From: an uncultured Eubacteriales bacterium
GTDB lineage: Bacteria; Bacillota; Clostridia; TANB77; UBA1234
Assembly: GCA_949283575.1 (NCBI GenBank)
Contig: CASDSU010000028.1
Coordinates: 128,849-192,848 of the forward strand
Reading direction: 5' to 3'
DNA: 64,000 bases
In this document: one piece after another, positions 1 through 9,927 of the stretch
Layout: every line of letters begins with the position of its first letter
How positions within the stretch are numbered: position 1 is the stretch's first letter
Translations under genes and position numbers: made by a program
Notes under the pieces: model-generated
Told to the model about the DNA's origin: nothing
What the model saw: only the letters and a program-made list of their open reading frames with translations
The model's database searches: none

Positions 1-195
1 GAAACTCAAAACTATTCAATGCCTATCGCTAAAGAAGAAGTTATTGTAGCGAAAGTTGAAACAGTTGCTATTGATGTTCCTAGACTAAAAAAATCATATA
101 TAATCGCAAAAAAAATTAGAATTGGTTTTTATAAAGTTATTACATTCCTTCCAAAATTATTTAGTAGAGATTTAAAAAGAAAAGTAAAAGAATAA
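1..195 (+). CDS. 3' end of a gene truncated by the window edge (65 codons, stop TAA 193-195); product unknown
   Basis: Open frame 1 from position 1 to TAA at 193; followed by a hairpin plus T-run terminator. Confidence 0.3.
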   Translation, partial: ETQNYSMPIAKEEVIVAKVETVAIDVPRLKKSYIIAKKIRIGFYKVITFLPKLFSRDLKRKVKE

Positions 196-214
196 ACAAT
201 TTATAGATTTTAAG

Positions 215-244
215 GACCGCACTTCTAGTGTTGGTCCATTTTTA
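215..244 (+). terminator. rho-independent terminator (ggacc...ggtcc hairpin plus T-run)
   Basis: GGACC(215-219)/GGTCC(233-237) stem followed by ATTTTT. Confidence 0.4.
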
Positions 245-267
245 ATTTAGAAAAGAGGTGATATTAT

Positions 268-987
268 ATGAAAACTGTATTAGTTACTGGTGGAGCAAGA
301 GGTATTGGTAAAGCTATTTCTGAGAAATTTGCGCAAAATGGATACAATGTTATTGTTAATTATTCTAAATCCGAAGAAGCTGCATATACTTTAGCACAAG
401 AATATTCAAATGTTAGAATATTCAAAGCTGACATTTCAAATAAGAAAGATGTAAAAAACATGATTGAATTTGCTCAAAATGAGTTTAAAGGTGTTGATAT
501 TCTAGTTAATAACGCTGGAATATCTTCGAGTGGACTTATTCAAGATTTGTCTGAAGAAGAATTAAATAGAATTTTTGCTGTAAATGTTAATGGTTCTATC
601 TTCTGTGCTCAAGCTGTTTTGCCAGACATGATTTCCAAGAAAAATGGTAAAATTATTAATATTTCTTCTGTATGGGGAATGGTTGGTGCTTCAAATGAAG
701 TTGCTTATTCTGCTTCAAAAGCTGCAATAATCGGATTCACAAAAGCTTTAGCCAAAGAAGTGGGTCCAAGTAATATACATGTAAATTGTGTAGCTCCTGG
801 TATTATAATGACTGATATGGTTAGCGACTACTCTATTGAAGAATTTGATGATATTCGCTCAAATATTCCACTTGATAGAATAGGTTCTACTGAAGATATT
901 GCTAATATCGTATATTTTCTTGCAACTGACGACGCAAGCTACATCACAGGTCAAGTTATTTCACCAAATGGTGGTTGGGTAATTTAA
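268..987 (+). CDS. SDR family oxidoreductase (3-oxoacyl-ACP reductase-like)
   Basis: TGGARGIGKA Rossmann motif, NNAG, catalytic YSASK, PGII.TDM; RBS AAGAGGTG upstream of ATG. Confidence 0.9.
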   Translation: MKTVLVTGGARGIGKAISEKFAQNGYNVIVNYSKSEEAAYTLAQEYSNVRIFKADISNKKDVKNMIEFAQNEFKGVDILVNNAGISSSGLIQDLSEEELNRIFAVNVNGSIFCAQAVLPDMISKKNGKIINISSVWGMVGASNEVAYSASKAAIIGFTKALAKEVGPSNIHVNCVAPGIIMTDMVSDYSIEEFDDIRSNIPLDRIGSTEDIANIVYFLATDDASYITGQVISPNGGWVI

Positions 988-995
988 TTGAAATT

Positions 996-1041
996 TTGGT
1001 ACGATTCATTTTTCCGAAATATGAATCGTACCAATTTTCAA
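996..1041. terminator. bidirectional terminator between convergent genes
   Basis: 14-bp perfect stem TTGGTACGATTCAT/ATGAATCGTACCAA, T-run on + strand and A-run on the other side. Confidence 0.6.
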
Positions 1042-1069
1042 AAATAGATACTCCCGTCCCCTTGTTCAT

Positions 1070-3754
1070 TTATCTATCTCCAAAAGCATCTCCATATGTA
1101 GGCTTAATATCTGCCCTACCTTTTTCTCTAATAAAAGCTTCATATTTATCTTCATATTCAGAAGATATTATAGATGGCATCCTAAGTTGCCATACATTTA
1201 TTTCGTCATTAACTTGATATAAAAAATCTGTATCTATAACAAAATAGTATGGAGAATCACCATCACTAACTCTTATATTATAATTATTATCGTCATGATA
1301 CACCGTAACAAATTCAGATTCGTTAAGCTCATTCTTTAAATCCTTAAATAAACGAACTGAAATATTAGGAGTCTTATCGACATATCCTAAATTTCGTTTA
1401 GCAACATCTCCCCAAAAAATACCGCTATGTCTAAGATCTGAAAACACCTCAAAAGTTTCTGGCTGTCCGTCACCTAAAACACTTCTTTCTTGCAAATCCA
1501 TAAGTTTTACATGAGGTTGCACTTCAATAAAAGAATTAACGTTTCTTCTTAATCCATTACCCATATCTTCACTAGAAGTCACTTCAAATCTAAGAATAGA
1601 TGGTAATATTCTATCATGAACTGGCAATTCTTTTGTCTCTCTATTTAAGCCCAATTTTACAACAAAATCTCCAACCTTAAAAACATCTGAAAAGGCTCCT
1701 GGATTAAGTGTCTTAATATCCCCAATACGAAGTCCTTGCTCATGTAGCAATTCACTCACAATTCTTTCACCATATTTTATTCCCTCATCAGGAATATGAT
1801 GTTCAGCTAAAAAGTTTAATACATAAGATATTCCAAATTTCTCCGAAATTAGACCTTCCTCAACTAGAAGTTCAGCCGTTCTTTTTACACCAGCTTTCGT
1901 CATATCAGTCGCTATATTAGAAAAATCTCTAGCTAAAATCTCATGTGTCTTATCCCATTTATGAAAAAGATCCACAGATTGTTCATTAAGAGCTAAATAC
2001 ATTCCAGGATATTCAAAAGGATCTCTATTATACAAAGTTTCGAATAATCTTTCGCCATAATGTTGCTTTTGCTCCTCGCTAAAATCAGCCTGTTCAAAAG
2101 CCTTGTTAGCCTCAATTAGTGTATGTCCTATTTGCATCGTCGAAAGAGCCAACTCCAAACTAGACCTCACTTTATCTATATTTTCATCTTGATACATCGG
2201 AAAAGCTTGCTCAATCAACTCTTTAGCCAAACAATAATTATGAGCCTGTACAATTTGACCATTTACAGTAAAATATTTAGTAACAGAAGTCAAATCTGCC
2301 AATATATCTAAATCTAAGTCATCATTAACCTCTATATCTTTTACAGAAATAATTACATCAGAATCAGCAAAAGCCTCACTCCACTTACAATATAAATCAT
2401 AAGGAATTCCTTTAAGAATAAGTTCCGGATAATTCATTGATTTCACAAATTCCAACATTTCAATATTCTTAGGATCATCAAAGTCAAAATACCTATCGGC
2501 AGTGATTTTAATACCACTCAAAGCACTGATATCATAATCCATGTTTATATAACCAAGCATTTTAATATTTATAGCATCATCTTTGATTTGAAAATATTCA
2601 GAAATTACCGTCTCAAAGTCAAATAATTTCAGTAATTCCTTTGCTTTATCTTTATCTTTTATAAATTTATGAATCAATGCAATCTTACTTCCATCAATAA
2701 TTGAAGAATACCTAATTATCTCTTCAACAGTTTCTTGCCTACTATCCCTCGGAATATTAGGATCCTTTTCTTTGCTATCTGTTCTAACCCAATAATTCTC
2801 CGTATTATTAAATCTCGCATCAAGATAATCAACCAGCTCTTCATTAGAAAAAATTTCTAATAATCTCTTTTTATACTCATCATTTTTTATTTCAGACATT
2901 AACTTTATTTGAGTATCCAAATCACAATTTCTAAGAATCAAAAATTTAATATTATCTTCAAAGTCACTAAAATTTTGTAACTGTTCCGAAATAGGAAGTG
3001 AGAGTACAAACTCTGGATATTTTCTTTTTTTCACCTCATCCGATCTAATATATTCATTAAATAATCTCTTTTTCAACTCTGGATCTTTCACACCAGTAAT
3101 AACCCTAAACCTTGCTGTATCGCTTGGTATAAGCGAAATTAATTCTTCTTTTTTAGAATCATCTTTGAGACTAAAAATAATATCAGAAATGACAGAAGGA
3201 TGCACATGCCCAGAATAAATATATTCTATTTTCTTTTCATCATCATCTAACGACGCAATAACCTTAGCTTGTTTATGGAAGTCTCTTATTTTAGGCAATA
3301 ACTTAAGTTTATTATCATCACTATTCATTGAACAAATTACGCGCACCTTATCTACTTCTCTTAAAAACCCAGATAAATATTGCATTTTAGTATCATCGTC
3401 AGAAATTGAAATTAGAACATCTGCCTTTTTCGATTGATCGATTACACGTTTCATATATTTTATTCTTAGTTGTTCATCTGGAATTAGTCTAAGCAAACTT
3501 TCACAAGCATTTTTCATCATGAAATTACAGAAAGACTCATATACTTCGGGTCTAACATCATTTTGAAAAACAAATTCCAAATATTTTTCTAAAGCTTCAT
3601 ACAGTGTAGATAAATTAAATTGTCTACGAATTCCGTTAAGCATACTCGTAGACAATCTTGGATATCTAATTATTTCATTATCATCTTGAGCAGAATTTAA
3701 AAGCACAATCTGTTCCCTAAGATCATTGTAATTCACAAACTTTTGACTATTCAT
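1070..3754 (-). CDS. large cytoplasmic protein: N-terminal alpha-helical repeat region plus C-terminal protein-kinase-like domain
   Basis: Start moved to MNSQKF (RBS AGGAGAGG 5 nt upstream). C-terminus has Gly-loop-like GAFSDVFKVG, VVK lysine, catalytic-loop-like GDVAKRNLG (D-x4-N), DFG-like IDTDF. N-terminal half has repeated I.S..DD..K motifs. Confidence 0.6.
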   Translation of the reverse strand: MNSQKFVNYNDLREQIVLLNSAQDDNEIIRYPRLSTSMLNGIRRQFNLSTLYEALEKYLEFVFQNDVRPEVYESFCNFMMKNACESLLRLIPDEQLRIKYMKRVIDQSKKADVLISISDDDTKMQYLSGFLREVDKVRVICSMNSDDNKLKLLPKIRDFHKQAKVIASLDDDEKKIEYIYSGHVHPSVISDIIFSLKDDSKKEELISLIPSDTARFRVITGVKDPELKKRLFNEYIRSDEVKKRKYPEFVLSLPISEQLQNFSDFEDNIKFLILRNCDLDTQIKLMSEIKNDEYKKRLLEIFSNEELVDYLDARFNNTENYWVRTDSKEKDPNIPRDSRQETVEEIIRYSSIIDGSKIALIHKFIKDKDKAKELLKLFDFETVISEYFQIKDDAINIKMLGYINMDYDISALSGIKITADRYFDFDDPKNIEMLEFVKSMNYPELILKGIPYDLYCKWSEAFADSDVIISVKDIEVNDDLDLDILADLTSVTKYFTVNGQIVQAHNYCLAKELIEQAFPMYQDENIDKVRSSLELALSTMQIGHTLIEANKAFEQADFSEEQKQHYGERLFETLYNRDPFEYPGMYLALNEQSVDLFHKWDKTHEILARDFSNIATDMTKAGVKRTAELLVEEGLISEKFGISYVLNFLAEHHIPDEGIKYGERIVSELLHEQGLRIGDIKTLNPGAFSDVFKVGDFVVKLGLNRETKELPVHDRILPSILRFEVTSSEDMGNGLRRNVNSFIEVQPHVKLMDLQERSVLGDGQPETFEVFSDLRHSGIFWGDVAKRNLGYVDKTPNISVRLFKDLKNELNESEFVTVYHDDNNYNIRVSDGDSPYYFVIDTDFLYQVNDEINVWQLRMPSIISSEYEDKYEAFIREKGRADIKPTYGDAFGDR

Positions 3755-4040
3755 AACACCTCTCCTTGTATACACAAAGAAATTTGCATATAAATTTACC
3801 TATTTTCTTTTCTGGCGAAGACAGGTCGACACCCTTTAAAAAAGGAGAAAATTTGGCGCTTTTTTAGCTTTTGTCGACAATTGAAATTTCTCTCAACACT
3901 TATTTTAAACCTGCAAAGTTTAAATATATAAGCTTCTCACACAAAATGGCCACAAATATCTTGCAGTCAAGGACGTCGTCAGAACTATTCAAAGTTCCAA
4001 CCCGTGTGTAGACGTAACTCCCATATTTATTATATCGAAA

Positions 4041-4631
4041 TTATATTTTTTCATCAACTCTGTTTTTTCTGTTTTCAAAAAAATTGTTATTAAAAAATAC
4101 TATCCATCCAGAAACAATAACTTGTACAATTATAAGATAAAATGTAATTTGTTTTAATAACTGATTAGAATATTTCGTAACTTCTTCCGCTTTTGCTGAA
4201 ATTTCTTCAATATTATTAGCCGCATCGCCACTATCAACCATGGTCTCAATAAAACCTTCAAAAAGATAATAAATTTTTTGAATTGAATTATAATCATCGA
4301 CTATTTCTTTTACACAGAATAATGCAATTAATGTAAAAGTTACACACATGATCAAAGTATACTTTATTGCCTTCTTAGAAAGCATTTCATAAGAATCAAC
4401 TTCGTATTTAGTCAAAAACTTAGATATCCCAAATCTATATATAAAAAACACAACTATTACCTGAAAAATCATAAAAATAATTGCAAAAATCAAATTAAAC
4501 TCTGATGTAAAAATTTCGGATAAACTCCCCATATCAACCATTTTAGGTAGCATGAAAACCTTGTTTATAATTGTAAATATCACTCCAATTATTGTCCAAA
4601 CAACAAGGCTTCCACAAACATATATACTCAC
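4041..4631 (-). CDS. hypothetical polytopic membrane protein
   Basis: Several hydrophobic helices; no recognisable motif. Confidence 0.45.
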   Translation of the reverse strand: MSIYVCGSLVVWTIIGVIFTIINKVFMLPKMVDMGSLSEIFTSEFNLIFAIIFMIFQVIVVFFIYRFGISKFLTKYEVDSYEMLSKKAIKYTLIMCVTFTLIALFCVKEIVDDYNSIQKIYYLFEGFIETMVDSGDAANNIEEISAKAEEVTKYSNQLLKQITFYLIIVQVIVSGWIVFFNNNFFENRKNRVDEKI

Positions 4632-4787
4632 AAAATCATTTTTCTGCTTTTTTAATTTTTTTCTTCTTCCATTATAATCCCCTCCTATACAAAATTATAA
4701 CACACATACTAATTACAGTCTTCAATACAAAACAAAAAGGACTGACAACTAATTAAAGTCATCAGTCACTTTTTGTGTCAAAAGCTC

Positions 4788-5585
4788 TTACGAAGCTTTC
4801 AACTCTACCATGTATACACTGTCAAATGACACATAAACAAATCCCGTTTCGACCTGAAACTTAAGCGCGCTAGATACAGACTCCTCTTGAATCCCCGTCA
4901 TTTCCTCTCTATATTTTTGATAAAAGAGAGGCATGACTTGAATCTTTGCAATCGCTTGCTCACGAGAAATCTTATTTGCATCCGCATACCTTCCAACCCA
5001 ATCAATAGGTTCCATCGTAATTTCACCTCTGAGCAGGGCCTGTGCAGCATACTGAGTTGCTCGAGAAGTCACTCGCTGAAAATAGATATCTTGTGTGATA
5101 TTCAGGAACGAAAATGCGCAAGTAACGTACCCCAGCTCACGCAACGTTTTGAGCAACGCACTCCTACTGTTAATGTGAAGCCATCCGCCATCAATCAGAA
5201 GATTTTCACCACTCTCTAGTCTCCTGCCAAACTCTCCAAATCCTAAAGAATTATTTAGAATGTTGGCATCAAAACACCGAATAACATTGGTTGTCAATAG
5301 CTCCTTAGCAGCACACTCATCCAGAGAAAGGAATTCAAACTCCGTATGAGTCTTAAGAAACTCTCTTGCATAAGTACTCTTACCGGTACAAGACTGGCCA
5401 AGAAGCACGATTGCATTCTTCCGTCCCTTGACAGGTTTGTACTCTTTGAGTAGCAACGGTTCCTTGGTTATGCCATCAAAGAAGAGATCGATTCCTTCCA
5501 AAATTGTTATCTGTTTACTCGCTGCCTTATGGTGGTTGGTCATTGCAGTCTCAAAGTTTCGTTCAAACTTGGTCTTCTTGCTCAT
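4788..5585 (-). CDS. P-loop NTPase (kinase-like fold; GQSCTGKST Walker A)
   Basis: Walker A GQSCTGKST. Start placed at MSKKTKFE with RBS GGAGGAG 6 nt upstream. Local GC about 45-48%, clearly above neighbours. Confidence 0.6.
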   Translation of the reverse strand: MSKKTKFERNFETAMTNHHKAASKQITILEGIDLFFDGITKEPLLLKEYKPVKGRKNAIVLLGQSCTGKSTYAREFLKTHTEFEFLSLDECAAKELLTTNVIRCFDANILNNSLGFGEFGRRLESGENLLIDGGWLHINSRSALLKTLRELGYVTCAFSFLNITQDIYFQRVTSRATQYAAQALLRGEITMEPIDWVGRYADANKISREQAIAKIQVMPLFYQKYREEMTGIQEESVSSALKFQVETGFVYVSFDSVYMVELKAS

Positions 5586-5746
5586 GGTTTTCTCCTCCAT
5601 TTTCGAGAGATTATTTGTTGAAAATTCAGACACACTTAATCATTGTATCACGAGTTAACATAAAATTCAATCTTTTTTATCACTTACTCCTAATTAAAGC
5701 CTAAAATTCAAAAGTTTATATTCAATAAAAAAGATTATTTTTCATA

Positions 5747-5775
5747 TTGACTTTTTTAAAAAAATACATTAGAAT
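5747..5775 (+). promoter_or_regulatory. sigma-A type promoter for the tRNA-His/tRNA-Gln operon
   Basis: TTGACT (5747-5752), 17-nt spacer, TAGAAT (5770-5775), about 20 nt before tRNA-His. Confidence 0.5.
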
Positions 5776-5794
5776 GTAACTTGCATTTGAGCAT

Positions 5795-5872
5795 GGTGGA
5801 TGTAGCTCAGTTGGTTAGAGCGCCAGGTTGTGGCCCTGGAGGTCGTGGGTTCGAGTCCCATCTTTCACCCCA
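5795..5872 (+). tRNA. tRNA-His (anticodon GTG) with G-1 and encoded CCA
   Basis: Hand-folded cloverleaf: G-1:C73, D-arm GCTC/GAGC, anticodon stem CCAGG/CCTGG, loop TTGTGGC, T-arm GTGGG-TTCGAGT-CCCAT, CCA at 5870-5872; one U-U mismatch in the acceptor stem. Confidence 0.85.
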
Positions 5873-5908
5873 CTTTTATAACTAACAAAAATGCAATAAA
5901 TTAAATAT

Positions 5909-5984
5909 TGGGCTGTAGCCAAGCGGTAAGGCACCAGACTTTGACTCTGGCATTTCGGCGGTTCGAATCCTCCCAGCCCAGCCA
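5909..5984 (+). tRNA. tRNA-Gln (anticodon TTG)
   Basis: Acceptor TGGGCTG/CAGCCCA, D-loop AGCGGTAA, anticodon stem CCAGA/TCTGG with loop CTTTGAC, T-loop GGTTCGAATCC, CCA encoded. Confidence 0.85.
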
Positions 5985-6042
5985 AATTTCATGATTTTTA
6001 AGAGAATTTTAGAAAACTTGTAAGAAACTTAAAAGTCATCAA

Positions 6043-6080
6043 ACCCAGCATTCGAGCTTATTTGGATGCTGGGTATTTTT
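6043..6080 (+). terminator. rho-independent terminator after the tRNA operon
   Basis: CCCAGCAT...ATGCTGGG stem followed by TATTTTTAT. Confidence 0.6.
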
Positions 6081-6181
6081 ATTCTCAGATTTTTTGAAGT
6101 TCTGAAAAGTATCGATTTCAAGTTACAAATTTAAGTTTCAGAAAAATTAGGTTCCAAAAGACTTTTAGGAAAGGAGAAAAA

Positions 6182-6742
6182 ATGGAAGCTAATTTCTATA
6201 AAATTAACGAATCCTTAGAAAATTCATTTTATCAAATCCCAGAAGAATTATTCAAAAACCCTATATATAAAGAAAAATTAGGCTTAGAAGCTAAAGTTTT
6301 ATATGCCTTTTTACTAAGCAGAATGCGATTATCTGCTCAGAATAATTGGATTGATGATGATGGGTATATCTATCTTATCTACAAACGTGTCGATGTTCAA
6401 AAGAAACTTAATCTATCAGATAAGACAGTTACAAAGGCATTCAAACAACTAAAAGAAGTCAAGTTAATACACGAAATAATCCAAGGAATTAATAAGCCTA
6501 ATATTATCTATTTAGCCAAAATAAAACACATGGATATGCCACAGAACTGGACTCGTAAAAATTACGAGCCCGGACACGGAAAAAATACGACTCCGAAGTC
6601 GGAAAATTTACGACCAATATATATAAATAAAGATAAAGAAAATAGATATAATATGCAAACTTCAAAATTTGACAATAGGTTTAGAGATAACAAAGGACAG
6701 TATGATGATTTAGATAAATATATTGAAAATTTTAAAGATTAA
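6182..6742 (+). CDS. replication initiator protein A, N-terminal domain family (RepA_N)
   Basis: LGLEAKVLYAFLLSRMRLS...W.DDDGYIYL motif typical of Firmicutes plasmid/ICE RepA_N; RBS GGAAAGGAG. Confidence 0.7.
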   Translation: MEANFYKINESLENSFYQIPEELFKNPIYKEKLGLEAKVLYAFLLSRMRLSAQNNWIDDDGYIYLIYKRVDVQKKLNLSDKTVTKAFKQLKEVKLIHEIIQGINKPNIIYLAKIKHMDMPQNWTRKNYEPGHGKNTTPKSENLRPIYINKDKENRYNMQTSKFDNRFRDNKGQYDDLDKYIENFKD

Positions 6743-6766
6743 TAAATAAAAAGGAGATGTCTTAAA

Positions 6767-7120
6767 ATGAAATTAGAATACTTAAAAAACGGAGATTATT
6801 ATATACCGAATATAGAATTAGGTTATGAAAATGTAAAGGTGAATTTAGGCAAATATGGAAGGCTAAGAGAAAAATATTTGAGAGAGCATAAACCTTCTTT
6901 ATTTGAGCATTTAAAGATGAGTGAAAGATTAATTCCTCATCTATCAAGTATAGATAAAGAAGCTAAAGCTTATGAAGCATTATTAATAAAACAATTTACT
7001 GAAAAGGAAAATGTTAATGAGAAATTGAAAGTAACAAATCAACTTGGGTGGGTAAAAAATATGAATTCAATTAAGCAAAGAGCCCAAGAAATTGTGTGCA
7101 ATGAAATGATTTATAATTAA
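6767..7120 (+). CDS. TnpV-like transposon-encoded protein
   Basis: KLEYLKNGDYYIP...G.YG.LR..YL..HKP...HL..ID..A...LKV.NQLGWVKNMN.I..RA.EIV resembles TnpV of Tn4451-type elements. Confidence 0.65.
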   Translation: MKLEYLKNGDYYIPNIELGYENVKVNLGKYGRLREKYLREHKPSLFEHLKMSERLIPHLSSIDKEAKAYEALLIKQFTEKENVNEKLKVTNQLGWVKNMNSIKQRAQEIVCNEMIYN

Positions 7121-7150
7121 AAATTCAACTATAGAAAAGAGGATGATTTT

Positions 7151-7474
7151 ATGCAAGAAAAAGGCTTATATGATTTAAGATTATGTGATTTCAATGAACT
7201 AATAAGTGAGGTAAAAGTAGCACTTAGAAACAAAAATAAAGAATATAAAAAGTTGCAAGACAAGTTAGAAAATATTATGGACAATCATCCAAATTTACAG
7301 ATGATTATGGAAGATGATACCGAGTTTAATTTAACAAAAACAGATTGTAAAATGCTTCAGAAATTATTTGAATTACATATAGAAATTCAAGCTTTGGAAG
7401 AACAAGAAATATTTTTCTTAGGTGGCAGAGAAGCTTACTATTATTTCAAAAATATTGGAATTTTAAAAGAATAA
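7151..7474 (+). CDS. hypothetical small helical protein of the mobilization module
   Basis: ORF with RBS AAGAGGATGA; position conserved between TnpV and MobC. Confidence 0.45.
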   Translation: MQEKGLYDLRLCDFNELISEVKVALRNKNKEYKKLQDKLENIMDNHPNLQMIMEDDTEFNLTKTDCKMLQKLFELHIEIQALEEQEIFFLGGREAYYYFKNIGILKE

Positions 7475-7479
7475 TTTAG

Positions 7480-7600
7480 AAGAAAATGCGGGTAAAAGCA
7501 GTGTTTCAAATGCGTTGAAAAATAAAAAGCAAGCAACGCATTTGTACTCCCGCACAAATACACTTGCATAGCTTTAGAATTAAAGCTATGTGATGGGAGA
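7480..7600 (+). promoter_or_regulatory. candidate origin of transfer (oriT) upstream of mobC
   Basis: Inverted repeats CAAATGCGTTG(7507-7517)/CAACGCATTTG(7534-7544), GCGGG/CCCGC arms, and palindrome TAGCTTTAGAATTAAAGCTA(7570-7589), directly upstream of MobC-relaxase. Confidence 0.4.
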
Positions 7601-7647
7601 ACCCAAGCCCCTTTTAATAAAAATTGTAAATGAAAGGAGTTAAAAAT

Positions 7648-7971
7648 ATGAGAAGAAGATCGATTAAAAAACAACTTTGGCTTAGTCAAACTGAAAATAA
7701 AATTTTGAAAGAAAAATCTAAAGTTACAGGACTAAATGAGTCCGAATTAATTCGTAGTTTTATAAAAGGTTATCGCATAAAAGAACAACCAACTGAAGAA
7801 ATAAAACAATTTCAAAAAGAGCTTTCTGGAATAGCAAATAATATAAATCAAATAGCAAAAATAGCAAACACATATCAGTTTGTAAAGCTAGATGATTTTA
7901 AATATATATCATCAAAACTTGCAGATTTTATTTTAAGATTTGAGAAGAAAATTTATTCAAGAGAGAAGTGA
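7648..7971 (+). CDS. mobC: MobC-family relaxosome accessory protein (ribbon-helix-helix)
   Basis: SELIRSFIKGY and GIANNINQIAK motifs; RBS AAAGGAG before ATG at 7648. Confidence 0.7.
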   Translation: MRRRSIKKQLWLSQTENKILKEKSKVTGLNESELIRSFIKGYRIKEQPTEEIKQFQKELSGIANNINQIAKIANTYQFVKLDDFKYISSKLADFILRFEKKIYSREK

Positions 7972-7977
7972 TTTAAA

Positions 7978-9276
7978 ATGGCTGTTATAAAAATTAAAAC
8001 TATAAAAAATAATTTAGAAGCCGTAGTAAACTATGCTCAAAATGGAGATAAAACCGAGAATGAAATATTAGTAACTGGAGTTAATTGTGTGCCACAAACT
8101 GCATATAGTCAAATGGCACTAACAAAGAAATTTTTTCATAAAGAAAGTGGTAGACAGGGTTATCATATTATTCAATCTTTTAATGGAAAAGAAGTTTCTC
8201 CAAACGAAGCCAATGAGCTTGGAACATTACTTGCAGAAGAATTATTTGGAGATAAATTTCAAGCTATAGTTTGTACTCATATAAACAAAGATAATATACA
8301 TAATCACATCGTTTTGAATTCTGTTTCATTTGTTGATGGAAGTAAACATCATAATTCAAAACTTGACATAGCATTAATAAAAGATAAGTCAGATGAGCTA
8401 TGCAAAGAGTATGAATTATCGGTAATCCAAACCTCAAAAGCAAGCAAAACCAATAAGACATATAAAAAAAGAATTTCAAAATACAATAGAAGTAATTCAA
8501 AGATGCTACAAGTGAAAGCTGACATTGATGATGCAATTGCTCAAAGTAGAAAAATGAGTGAATTTTATGATAATTTAAAAATCAAAGGTTATGAAACTTA
8601 CAAAAGAGGTATGTATCTTTCAGTAAAATTACCTTACTTTGCAAGGAATATTCGACTAGAAAGAGCTTTTGGAGAAGAATACTCACTTCATAACATTCAA
8701 GATAAAATTTATTATAGCGAAAAAACCGAAAATCAGAAAAATGGAATTAATAAGAAATATTATAGGAAAGTATATAAAGGACCTAAAATAGATAGCTTTA
8801 AGCTTAAATTTAGCCCATTTTATAGGTCATATGTTAGATGGCTTTACAAACTTGGAAAGTTACCACCTAAGATAGAATACGAAGAATTAACACCAGAATA
8901 TTTTAAGCAAAAAAGAGAAACACAAAATATTCTTGATGAAATTAGTTTTGTGGCTAGAAATAATATCAATAACATTCAAGATGTTCAAAATTGCGAAGAA
9001 TGGATTTCGGTTAAATTAACTAAAGTTAAAGGAGAGCGAGAAAATTTGTGGAGACAGTATAATAAGGCTAAATTACCAGAGAATAAAATTGAAATAAAAA
9101 TGAAAATTGATAGTAAAACTTGTGAAATTAATGCTTATAGCAATGAGCTAAAGATTTGTAGAAGGTTTATGTGGAGACGAGAAATACTTGGGAAAGAAAT
9201 AAGATTATTAAGAATTGAATTAGCAGAAAGTAAAAGAATAGTAAAAATGAAGAATTTATCACGTGAAAAATATTAA
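7978..9276 (+). CDS. MobA/VirD2-family relaxase (mobilization nuclease)
   Basis: N-terminal relaxase fold with HxxxDxxHxH metal motif (HINKDNIHNHIVLN), conserved Tyr region near the N-terminus, C-terminal coiled-coil. Confidence 0.8.
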   Translation: MAVIKIKTIKNNLEAVVNYAQNGDKTENEILVTGVNCVPQTAYSQMALTKKFFHKESGRQGYHIIQSFNGKEVSPNEANELGTLLAEELFGDKFQAIVCTHINKDNIHNHIVLNSVSFVDGSKHHNSKLDIALIKDKSDELCKEYELSVIQTSKASKTNKTYKKRISKYNRSNSKMLQVKADIDDAIAQSRKMSEFYDNLKIKGYETYKRGMYLSVKLPYFARNIRLERAFGEEYSLHNIQDKIYYSEKTENQKNGINKKYYRKVYKGPKIDSFKLKFSPFYRSYVRWLYKLGKLPPKIEYEELTPEYFKQKRETQNILDEISFVARNNINNIQDVQNCEEWISVKLTKVKGERENLWRQYNKAKLPENKIEIKMKIDSKTCEINAYSNELKICRRFMWRREILGKEIRLLRIELAESKRIVKMKNLSREKY

Positions 9277-9420
9277 ATATACAATTATAAATGAGACAAC
9301 AGAATCACGAAAAGATAGACTCATATTAAAAATATAATTTCAATAATTCTAAATACAGATTTGAAATAAAATGGTATTTATTTTATAATTCTGTTATAGA
9401 TAAATTGAGGAGGAAATATT

Positions 9421-9807
9421 ATGGATGAAAAATTTAATCAAGTGAAAAAATTAAATAAGATATCTAAAATTTTAACATTTATCATTGCAGGAGTATGGAT
9501 AATTGGTGGAATAATTGTATTTCAATTATATACTCTTTCTGATTTACAAATGGCATTTAAGGTTATAATAGATTTAATTATAAATAGTTTTAAAGGAAAA
9601 TTAAGTTTAGACGTCATATTAATTGCTTTAATGATAATAGATTTTATTGTTCTTTGTATTCAAACAAATAAATTAAAAGCTAATTGGAAAAAATTTATGA
9701 TAATTGAGTTGATAGTTAAAACATTAGTCTTATTTTACGTGGTAGGAGGATATATTTTATCTTTTTGGTATATGAATAGTTTTGTATTTGATGCATATGG
9801 AATATAA
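9421..9807 (+). CDS. small membrane protein (3-4 TM)
   Basis: RBS GAGGAGGAAA; hydrophobic helices. Confidence 0.5.
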   Translation: MDEKFNQVKKLNKISKILTFIIAGVWIIGGIIVFQLYTLSDLQMAFKVIIDLIINSFKGKLSLDVILIALMIIDFIVLCIQTNKLKANWKKFMIIELIVKTLVLFYVVGGYILSFWYMNSFVFDAYGI

Positions 9808-9859
9808 AATAAAAGGATACTTTCTTACTTGCACCAATTGTGCGAGTAAGAGTGATAAA

Positions 9860-9882
9860 GGTGCGACAAAAAATGTCGCACC
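9860..9882. repeat. perfect hairpin GGTGCGACA-AAAAA-TGTCGCACC; member of a local repeat family (other copies at about 12680-12705 and 13320-13345)
   Basis: 9-bp stem with A5 loop, preceded by ACCAATTGTGCGAGTA; a similar unit ACCAATGGTGCGAGTA plus GTACGACATTTTTCGTCGCAC lies at 12668-12705. Confidence 0.55.
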
Positions 9883-9927
9883 TTTGTCTTGCATCAACAG
9901 CACACTTTTTACATATTTTTTATCGGT

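Noticed and set aside
975-1217. 80-aa + strand ORF
   Set aside because: It overlaps the bidirectional terminator and the 3' end of the convergent 895-aa gene; spurious.
5428-5704. Small + strand ORFs (76 and 66 aa)
   Set aside because: Antisense to or overlapping the P-loop gene start region and the tRNA promoter; no RBS.
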